Below are positions 18,439 through 26,414 of a stretch of 32,000 nt of DNA, piece after piece. Below the pieces are notes generated by a model. That model had not been told where the DNA came from. It saw only the letters and a list, made by a program, of their open reading frames with translations, and did no database searches. The DNA comes from Psychrobacter sp. DM4 (GTDB taxonomy: Bacteria; Pseudomonadota; Gammaproteobacteria; Pseudomonadales; Moraxellaceae): the NCBI RefSeq assembly GCF_051307035.1, contig NZ_CP195536.1, positions 2,190,001-2,222,000 on the forward strand, given 5' to 3'. The position numbers and the translations under genes are program-made. Numbering within the stretch: the stretch's first letter is position 1; each line of letters starts with the position of its first letter.

Positions 18439-18461
18439 AAAAAACCCCGCCAGTAGCGAGG
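18439..18461 (-). terminator. rho-independent terminator of ssb
   Basis: The minus-strand RNA reads CCUCGC-UACUG-GCGGGG (6-bp stem including one G.U pair) followed by UUUUUU. It lies about 40 nt downstream of the ssb stop. Confidence 0.6.
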
Positions 18462-18498
18462 TTTATGTTCCTTTCTTACACATCCTTTCTTATATAAG

Positions 18499-19080
18499 TT
18501 AGAACGGAATATCATCATCAACAGGACCATCAGGCATCGCATTAGACTTAGGCGCTGAACTTGAAGCGTTAGATGCAAAGCTATTTTGCGGCGTGGTCGG
18601 CTTTTGGTTGTTGTTAAAGGTGTTTTGATTATTGTTTTGAGTGATACCTTGAGCACCGCCTTGATTATAATTATCTTGCGGCTGCTGACCAAAGTTATTT
18701 GAACCGCCTTGATTGCCATAGCTCTCATTGCCGCCTTGACCACCCGTTGCGCCATCTAGCATCTGCATTTGCTCTGCGCGAATCTCAGTAATATAACGAT
18801 CTTGTCCGTTTGGATCTTGATATTTACGAGTACGCAAACTGCCTTCAATATAGACTTTGCTACCTTTACGCAGATACTGCGCTGCAATCTCGCCTAAGCG
18901 ATTAAACAGCGAGATACGATGCCACTCCGTCGCTTCTCTTTTTTCTCCGCTTTGCTTATCCGTCCATTGCTCTGAGGTCGCCACTGAGATGTTCGTAACA
19001 CTACCGCCATTGTTGAATTGACGCGCTTCAGGATCTGCACCAAGATTACCGATAATGATAACTTTATTAACGCCGCGCAT
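18499..19080 (-). CDS. ssb: single-stranded DNA-binding protein
   Basis: OB-fold N-terminus [18 protein letters not shown]. Gly/Gln/Asn-rich linker. Acidic tip DDDIPF. Confidence 0.96.
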
Positions 19081-19261
19081 AATACCTTCCTTTTATTTAT
19101 GAATCATACAATCAGTCATGTATTAAAGAGACGACTGATAATCTAAGTTTACTTTAACCAATTTTTGTTCAAATATCTAGAGCTAGTTTTCAAGTTACGA
19201 CAATGAATGTCGCGACCTATTGAATAACCAATAGTTAATACAATACCTTTGTATATCAGTA

Positions 19262-19879
19262 TTATTTGTCAGTCTCTTTACGCTGCATACTCAATGTCAC
19301 GCTACCAAGCTCCACCCCAAACTTACTCATCACCGCGCGATTAAGCATGACATCATCGCTGATCAGATACATCCAATCGTCAAACTTGACTTCATAAGTC
19401 TTGTCATCAACTGGCAAATCTAGCACATAACTCCAGTGAAAGGCATTACCCACAACCTCGCCTTTGGCAGTACCGATAACGTCTCCTGCGGTACCCGTCC
19501 ATTGACCATTAGGCTGCTCGGTCAAACGCCATATGCGTTGTGACTTAGTGCCGTCTGCCCAGTCGAAATTTTCATTGAGTACAATAACATTATCGCCTTC
19601 GTGGGTCGCGTCAATGTCGACATAAAAACGTTTTTTGACCTCGCCACTACGCCCTTGGAACATGCCATAGCCATCAATTTGACCCGAAAAAAACTCATGC
19701 ATATCAAGCGTTGGCGTGGCGTTTTGATAGGTTTGAATATTTTGAGTGGCACAGCCAGATGCCAATAGTGTTGCTGATAATAGCACTCCGAGTCCCAGCT
19801 TAATCTTGAGCTTAAAAGCTGAAGTAGCGCTCGACTTTGGGTTTGTCTGACCAGTCGATAATATTTTAAATTTATTCAT
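19262..19879 (-). CDS. DUF3833-family lipoprotein
   Basis: Lipobox LLASGC. The FFSGQIDGYGMFQGRSGEVKKRFYVDI .. LNENFDWADG .. RIW pattern is recalled as DUF3833. Confidence 0.6.
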   Translation of the reverse strand: MNKFKILSTGQTNPKSSATSAFKLKIKLGLGVLLSATLLASGCATQNIQTYQNATPTLDMHEFFSGQIDGYGMFQGRSGEVKKRFYVDIDATHEGDNVIVLNENFDWADGTKSQRIWRLTEQPNGQWTGTAGDVIGTAKGEVVGNAFHWSYVLDLPVDDKTYEVKFDDWMYLISDDVMLNRAVMSKFGVELGSVTLSMQRKETDK

Positions 19880-19911
19880 TATAATTCCCTTTATATCAAT
19901 AGTTGAAACGA

Positions 19912-21276
19912 TTAAATATTTAGCGGGCTTTGCGCCAGATCAGATAGCTGTGCGCGTGAGTTATCAGTCAACTGAGTCTTGTCCAACTTTAAATAAGCGA
20001 CTTGCTCTTTTGCCATCACGACCAATTCATCAACGCCATCGACTGCCATCACTTGCTGTGACCAATGCTGTATATCAATGTTCTTAGGAATAGTGACAGT
20101 GGTACTTGATAGATAAGGCGGCTGAGATATAGGTAAGATAAGCAGTAGTGCTGCGCCCATAATAGCTGCCAATATACCCCATGCCAGTAGATTGGGCTGA
20201 GTCAATAATAGACCACCCATCGCCCCGCCGATAAAGGCACCAAAGAACTGACTTGATGAATTTAGTCCCATCGCAGTGGCTTTGTTAGCGACAGGCGCGC
20301 GCTTGGATATCCACGACGGAATGGTTGCCTCTAACAGATTAAATCCCATAAAATAAAGTAATAGCCCTAGGATAATGCCAACACCGACCTGACTACCTAC
20401 GGCTAATACTATTAATGATGCGGTCATCAAGACCATAGCACCTAAGAATACTTGACGCATTTTGCGTTTTTTTTCAGCGATGATGATAAAGGGAATCGCG
20501 ACAGCAAAACCGATGAATAAAAGCGGCAAATAAACCAGACCTTGCTGACGAACGGATAAGCCCATCACCTCACTCAGTTGATGCGGCAAAATCACAAATA
20601 TCGCCGTCATCGTCAGATGTAGCGCAAAGATGCCAATGTGCAAACGGTTCAAATCGCCGATTTTGAGAACGGTAGCGAGCTGCTCACCGATCGACTTATT
20701 GTCCAGATTATGCTTGAGGACACGTAGTGGCGTAGGTACGACGAACAGTAATAACATCGCTAAAATAGCGAACCCTGAGGTCAGCCAAAACAGTCCAGAG
20801 ATACCGAGCGAGCCGACCAGTAGCGGTCCAAAGGCAAAGGCGAGCATGATAGAGGTCGCAATGGTCAAGCCCATCGTCGCCATGGCTTTGGTGCGCATCT
20901 CCTCACGGGTGACATCCGCCAGTAGCGCCATGAGTACCGCCGATACTGCGCCACTTCCTGCCAGCGCGCGACCGATGATAACCTCGTAGATATCGGTGGC
21001 ATTGGCGGCAATGATACCGCCCAATGCAAATAGTATTAACCCGAGCATGATAATTGGCTTACGAGGGAATTTGTCCGCGGCAAGGCTCATGGGTATCTGA
21101 AATATCGCCTGACCCAGCCCATAAATCCCGACTGCCAAACCGATCAAAAACGGCGTAGCGTGTGCGTAATTATCGCCGTAGACCGAAAACACTGGCACGA
21201 TCATAAACAGACCAATCATGCGCAGGGCAAAGATACCACCGACCCCAAAGATTGCCCGTTTTTCTACGCTGTTCAT
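19912..21276 (-). CDS. MFS transporter, YajR-like, with a C-terminal YAM-type cytoplasmic domain
   Basis: 454 aa, 12-TM-like hydrophobic profile. The N-terminus (RAIFGVGGIFALRMIGLFMIVPVFSVYG .. GIYGLGQAIFQIPMSLAADKFPRKP) parallels E. coli YajR, which is also 454 aa. The soluble tail of about 70 aa matches the YajR YAM domain position. Confidence 0.8.
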   Translation of the reverse strand: MNSVEKRAIFGVGGIFALRMIGLFMIVPVFSVYGDNYAHATPFLIGLAVGIYGLGQAIFQIPMSLAADKFPRKPIIMLGLILFALGGIIAANATDIYEVIIGRALAGSGAVSAVLMALLADVTREEMRTKAMATMGLTIATSIMLAFAFGPLLVGSLGISGLFWLTSGFAILAMLLLFVVPTPLRVLKHNLDNKSIGEQLATVLKIGDLNRLHIGIFALHLTMTAIFVILPHQLSEVMGLSVRQQGLVYLPLLFIGFAVAIPFIIIAEKKRKMRQVFLGAMVLMTASLIVLAVGSQVGVGIILGLLLYFMGFNLLEATIPSWISKRAPVANKATAMGLNSSSQFFGAFIGGAMGGLLLTQPNLLAWGILAAIMGAALLLILPISQPPYLSSTTVTIPKNIDIQHWSQQVMAVDGVDELVVMAKEQVAYLKLDKTQLTDNSRAQLSDLAQSPLNI

Positions 21277-21774
21277 ACTTGCCTCACAGGGATATCAAAT
21301 AGCGACTGACCATCAAGCCTTGTCACTCCAAGAACGACGTTACTTTGTGCTCGTCAGTATTCGCGACCAATCAAGCACCCTAGTATAAGACATTCGCCGT
21401 CAGCTTGCCGAAACTTTTACGCTGCTATTCTCAAGTCCTACTTGGTTATTTTTACCCTTAATTATGACGCTATAGTTTTATGAATCAGAGCGTTTAAAGC
21501 ACAGCTAAGCCTTGAATAATGCCATTGTCATAACAATATAGAACAGCACAACTGACATCATCAAAGGGTGCATTTTCGCTTTTAATAAATGCATACCAAT
21601 GGATAACAACAAGCTAAAATCATCCCGTTATTATGATTGACTGTCTATAACCTTTAATCCTAAAGCCCTTTAACACTTAATCCCAAAACTTACTCATATT
21701 TCAATCTTTGTTTTATTTTCAGCCTAACGTTTATCTCTTTATAACGCTCTTAGCCCATAGGAAACCTATCTATA

Positions 21775-24693
21775 ATGGCACATGACCATATCGCAATACG
21801 CGGCGCTCGTACTCACAATCTCAAAAACATTGATCTCGATATTCCACGTGATAAGTTCGTGGTGATTACTGGTTTATCGGGTTCAGGCAAGTCCTCTTTA
21901 GCTTTTGATACGCTGTATGCCGAAGGTCAGCGCCGTTATGTCGAGAGTCTGTCGGCATACGCGCGTCAATTCTTATCGCAAATGGAAAAGCCAGAAGTCG
22001 ATAGTATCGAAGGGCTGTCTCCTGCGATTGCGATTGAGCAAAAATCAACCAACCATAACCCGCGCTCAACGGTCGGTACGATTACTGAGATTTACGATTA
22101 TTTGCGCCTGCTGTACGCGCGTATCGGTACACCGTTCTGCCCTGAGCACAATGAGCCTATGGTCGCGCAGTCCGTGACCGAAATGGTCGATCAAGTCATG
22201 GCCTTGCCTACTGATACCAAGATTATGATCTTGGCACCTGTGATTCGTGAGCGTAAAGGCGAGCATACGGTTTTGCTAGAGCAGCTGATTGGACAAGGCT
22301 TTGTGCGCGTACGCGTCGACGGTCATGTCTATGACACCGATGAGTTACCGACTCTCGATAAAAAGAAAAAACATACCATCGAGGTGGTCGTTGATCGCTT
22401 TAAAGTACGTGATGATTTGGGTAACCGCGTCGCCGAAAGTTTGGAGACCGCGTTGCGTTTGGGTCAAGGTCTTGTCACCCTACACTTTATGGATGGCAAT
22501 CCAGTCGAGGGTGGCGATCAGAATCAAGTGATGTCCGCCAAGCACTCTTGCCCCGTCTGTGATCGCGCCGTCTCTGAGCTTGAGCCGCGCATGTTTAGTT
22601 TTAACAATCCATACGGCGCTTGTCCGAGCTGTGATGGTCTGGGTAAACGCCAATACTTTGCAGCCGAAAAGCTCATTACCCATTATGAAAAGACGCTCAA
22701 TCAAGGGGCGATTAACGGTTGGGATAAACGTCATTCTTATTACTTTGGCTTGCTTAGCACTGTCTGTAAGCATTTTAAAATAGATATGGATGCGCCGTGG
22801 CAGGACTTGCCAAAAGCGCAACAAGATCTCATTATGCATGGCTCTGGTAAAGAAAAGCTGACCTTTAACTTTACCGATGAGCGCGGTCGTAAGACCAATA
22901 AAACGATTCCTTTTGAAGGCGTGCTACCGTACCTTGAGCGCCGTTATGCCAAAACCCAAAGTAATCTTGTGCGTGATGAGCTAGCCAAATATCTAGCGGA
23001 CACTACCTGTAACGTCTGTGATGGCGCACGTTTGAACGAAATCTCCCGTAATGTGCGCGTCGACGATCAAACGATCGCTCAAATCGTCAAGCTCTCTATT
23101 GGGGACGCGGCTGACTATTATAAAACCCTTAAAATTAGTGGTCATAAAGGGGAAGTCGCAGAAAAAATCTTTAAAGAGATTAATGAGCGTTTGAACTTCC
23201 TTGTCAGTGTCGGACTTGATTACCTATCGCTAGCCCGCTCTGCTGAAACCCTATCGGGCGGTGAAGCGCAGCGTATTCGATTGGCTAGCCAAATTGGCGC
23301 AGGTTTGATGGGCGTGATGTATGTCCTCGACGAGCCGTCTATTGGCCTGCATCAGCGCGATAACGATCGCTTATTGAAAACTCTAACGCGCTTGCGTGAT
23401 TTGGGCAATACGGTACTGGTCGTTGAGCATGATGAAGACGCCATTCGCCAAGCGGATCACGTCATCGATATCGGTGTCGGCGCAGGTGTGCATGGTGGTC
23501 ATATCATCGCTCAAGGCACCGTCAAAGATATCATGGCGAACAAGGAATCGCTGACCGGACAATATATGTCTGGTAAGAAAAAAATCGAGATTCCAAGCAT
23601 ACGTCATAAAGCCAAAACCATAGAAGTGGAAGCGACTGGCAAAGCCAAATCGAAACCAAAAACGAAAAAGATCCCGATGACTATCGAGCTAAAAGGTGCA
23701 TCTGGTAATAACCTACACGACGTAGATTTGACCCTGCCTATCGGTATCATGACTTGTATCACAGGCGTATCAGGTTCTGGTAAATCAACGCTGATTAACC
23801 GCACCTTGATGCCACTTGCTGCGACTCAATTGAACAATGCTTCAACGCTCATTGCGGATAAACACGACAGCATTAGCGGTCTTGAGCATTTAGATAAAAT
23901 GGTCGACATCGATCAAAGCCCGATCGGTCGTACCCCGCGCTCAAACCCTGCGACCTATACAGGCGTGTTTACGCCCGTACGTGAGATGTTTTCGCAAACC
24001 CAAGAAGCTCGTGCTCGCGGTTACAAAGCCGGTCGCTTTAGCTTCAACGTCAAAGGCGGTCGCTGTGAGATGTGTCAGGGCGATGGTCTCATTAAGGTTG
24101 AGATGCATTTCTTACCCGATATGTACGTGCCCTGTGATACTTGTCACGGCAAACGCTATAATCGTGAGACGCTAGAGATTCTCTATAAAGGCAAAAACAT
24201 CGCTGACGTGCTCGATATGACGGTAGAAGATGCGGTTGAATTCTTCTCAGCGATACCCGCAATCTATCGTCGTCTGCAAGCGCTCATGGATGTCGGTCTA
24301 AGCTATATCCGCCTCGGTCAATCCGCGCCGACGCTATCCGGTGGTGAAGCACAGCGGGTGAAACTCGCGCGTGAACTTGCCAAACGTGATACGGGACAAA
24401 CGCTGTATATCTTGGATGAGCCAACCACTGGTTTGCATTTCCATGATATCGATAAGCTCTTGCATATCCTCCATGCACTCCGCGATAAAGGTAATACCAT
24501 CGTCGTCATCGAGCACAATCTCGACGTTATCAAAACGGCTGATTGGGTGATTGATCTTGGCCCTGAAGGTGGTAAAGGTGGCGGACTGATTATCGCGGAA
24601 GGGACGCCTGAGGAAGTGGCAGAAGTGAAAGGCTCGTATACCGGTGAGTTCTTGAAGCCTATGCTTAAGCAAGCGATGAAAGAAGTGAGTTAG
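21775..24693 (+). CDS. uvrA: excinuclease ABC subunit A
   Basis: 972 aa. Two ABC ATPase modules ([23 protein letters not shown]; [10 protein letters not shown]), LSGGEAQR signatures and zinc-finger Cys clusters. Full-length UvrA pattern. Confidence 0.98.
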
Positions 24694-24720
24694 TAGGTAA
24701 CCAGTTAGATAGTGATTGGA

Positions 24721-24750
24721 AGGCGACTCTTTAGGGAGTGGCCTTTTTTA
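24721..24750 (+). terminator. rho-independent terminator of uvrA (copy 1 of a repeated terminator module)
   Basis: Stem AGGCGACTC / GAGTGGCCT (9 bp, one central mismatch), 6-nt loop, then TTTTTT. Confidence 0.7.
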
Positions 24751-25012
24751 TTGGGTGGAATAAGGCTTTGTCCAATCTGCACACTATATATCCTTATTAA
24801 GATATCAAGACCTAGAGCGCGTTGCGTTACCTTTCTTAATCTTTATTAAAAATACTTAAACGTTGATTGTATTAATATTTAAAGGGTTAAATATGATGCG
24901 TAGACGCATACGAGATATAAATATCTGGTTAAGAACTTGGTAGCAAGTAATATCACGTACACACTGACACGGCTAACCTCTATCACATCCCCAAAACTCT
25001 CAAGGACTTCTT

Positions 25013-25279
25013 ATGAAAAAATTATTGTTCATTATCTTGGCATCTACTGTTGGTATTAGCGCCTGTGCGTCAAGCGACTCATCAAATGGCACAAGCGATC
25101 GCAACCATCAAAGACCTGCGATGTCCGCCGATATGAAACAAGCCATGGATGACTGTGCTCAACGAGCTGGCGTGAAACTGACTAGAGACAGTCGTCCAAG
25201 TAAAAATGATATGAAGAAAATAGATTCATGCATGAGTGCAAAAGGGTTTGAGAAGCCTGCAGGCCAAGGTCGTCACTAA
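25013..25279 (+). CDS. small putative lipoprotein (88 aa)
   Basis: Signal peptide with lipobox (VGISAC). AAGGA RBS. Hydrophilic mature part with two further Cys. Followed by a terminator. Confidence 0.6.
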   Translation: MKKLLFIILASTVGISACASSDSSNGTSDRNHQRPAMSADMKQAMDDCAQRAGVKLTRDSRPSKNDMKKIDSCMSAKGFEKPAGQGRH

Positions 25280-25311
25280 TAACTGGTATTTATTAGATGA
25301 TTGATGATAAA

Positions 25312-25341
25312 AGGCTACTCTTTCAGGAGTGGCCTTTTTTG
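25312..25341 (+). terminator. rho-independent terminator (copy 2, near-identical to the uvrA terminator)
   Basis: Stem AGGCTACTC / GAGTGGCCT (9 bp with a G.U pair), 6-nt loop, then TTTTTT. 26 of 29 positions are identical to 24721-24749. Confidence 0.7.
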
Positions 25342-25387
25342 TTGTCCGAAACTTGGTTGTCGTACTTAATCTACTCTATACTACTAA

Positions 25388-26320
25388 TTATCCATCTTCA
25401 CAATGCCTACTTACTACGACATTGACACTTATTATTCTTGGGTCTTCAAAAACGGCTAAATTTTGAGTAAGCTTCATAGTTGTCGTACAAAAAATAGTAT
25501 AGTCATCCTCTATAGCCTCGGTTACTTCACATGTTTGTTCTAAGCTAGGAGGTCTACTAGCACTCATTACACAGATTATATCTTTGATGTCAGTCATATT
25601 AATTCCAGCTTTATTTAACCCTTCCAAATAATTACTCTTGAAACTATCCTTGTTATCTTCGCCTGTATAAATTGTTGGAAGTATATTTAATAGTCTGTTA
25701 CCGCTGAATACATGCTTCCAATCATTAAAGTCATAGCCAATCATAGAGTCGTCCTGCCTATAAACGCTACAAACTGTAGTTACAACTGAATCTATAAAGG
25801 AGTAATAAAAGTTATAACTCTCAATACTCATATCGTTTACAAAATCATTTTTTGCTTGTGATGTGATGAAAGGTATAGCAAAAGTAGGAATAGATGATAG
25901 TGTGCTCGCCTTATCTCTTAAAGCATTCTGGGGTTTGGTCTTGAAACTACTTATTTCACCTATGGTTGAAGGAAGGATTGCAAAAGTCAGTGCTGATATA
26001 GTAGCTACTTCTTCTTGAAAAACGCGTAAACCATCAAAGCTAGCCTCCTTTTCAACTAAAAAAACTATGACTTTCTGACTTTTGAGTTGCTGATCTCTAT
26101 CGACTTCTGTCATATTCTTTAAATCGTCTAAACTAACTATTTTAAAATCTGAATCATGGATATCGATTTTTAAATATCTATTAGAGGCTTTATTAAACCT
26201 ATCTCTACCAATATTCTGCGCTACCTTCTCAGTTATTTGACCTGTTGTGACGAGCATAAATCCTTCAGGTTCTTTGTGATTAGGAATATCACTCATTGTA
26301 TATTTAGAAGTACTGCTCAT
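25388..26320 (-). CDS. hypothetical protein, 310 aa; possible highly divergent FtsZ/tubulin-superfamily fold without GTP-binding glycine loops
   Basis: Uninterrupted ORF in a very AT-rich context. My manual alignment to E. coli FtsZ, recalled from memory, is collinear across the core. Example blocks (window protein vs FtsZ):
- VDRDQQLKSQKVIVFLVEKEASFDG vs [29 protein letters not shown]
- MIGYDFNDWKHVF vs LMNVDFADVRTVM
- TGEDNKDSF vs SGEDRAEEA
- IKDIICVMSASRPPSLEQ vs ARGVLVNITAGFDLRLDE

No statistical score was computed. Confidence 0.55.
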   Translation of the reverse strand: MSSTSKYTMSDIPNHKEPEGFMLVTTGQITEKVAQNIGRDRFNKASNRYLKIDIHDSDFKIVSLDDLKNMTEVDRDQQLKSQKVIVFLVEKEASFDGLRVFQEEVATISALTFAILPSTIGEISSFKTKPQNALRDKASTLSSIPTFAIPFITSQAKNDFVNDMSIESYNFYYSFIDSVVTTVCSVYRQDDSMIGYDFNDWKHVFSGNRLLNILPTIYTGEDNKDSFKSNYLEGLNKAGINMTDIKDIICVMSASRPPSLEQTCEVTEAIEDDYTIFCTTTMKLTQNLAVFEDPRIISVNVVVSRHCEDG

Positions 26321-26370
26321 AGTAACGAACTCTTTGTCATGTTTTGGAAAGTATGGATGTATGTGTTATT

Positions 26371-26399
26371 TTGATAAACTTAATTTGATAATTTAAACT
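26371..26399 (+). promoter_or_regulatory. candidate sigma70-type promoter for the PD-(D/E)XK gene in the divergent intergenic region
   Basis: TTGATA (26371-26376), 17-nt spacer, TAAACT (26394-26399). The region also carries a tandem A(A/T)TTTGATAA motif at 26368-26377 and 26382-26391. Confidence 0.3.
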
Positions 26400-26414
26400 A
26401 AAATCACTAGGAAA

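Noticed and set aside
18384-18755. 123-aa ORF overlapping the 3' half of ssb
   Set aside because: It is an alternative frame through the low-complexity Gly/Gln/Asn-rich linker of ssb. Its composition-driven translation reads through the ssb terminator.
19912-20130. The ~70-aa soluble C-terminal extension on the MFS transporter, initially considered a novel HMA-like domain lacking CxxC
   Set aside because: The transporter matches E. coli YajR in N-terminal sequence and in length (454 aa). YajR is known to carry a ferredoxin-fold C-terminal YAM domain, so the feature is already described.
21277-21774. Unusually long (498-bp) divergent intergenic region upstream of uvrA, checked for an SOS box or a small gene
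   Set aside because: I saw no CTGT-N8-ACAG LexA-type box, and this is expected if the organism is LexA-less like other Moraxellaceae. Only 4-6-codon ORFs are present, and there is no convincing hairpin or repeat. An sRNA cannot be excluded but is not supported.
21866-24672. About a dozen 60-120-aa ORFs on both strands inside uvrA
   Set aside because: All lie within the full-length, motif-complete uvrA frame. They are typical shadow ORFs of a long, relatively GC-rich gene.
18499-24693. ssb and uvrA are separated by DUF3833 and MFS genes instead of being adjacent and divergent as in E. coli
   Set aside because: The intervening genes have host-like composition and no mobility signatures. This looks like lineage-typical synteny rather than an insertion.
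24893-24943. 16-codon ORF (MMRRRIRDINIWLRTW) and a TGCGTAGACGCA hairpin upstream of the small lipoprotein gene
   Set aside because: It is too short, has no RBS and lies in an AT-rich promoter-like region. It was not reported as a gene.
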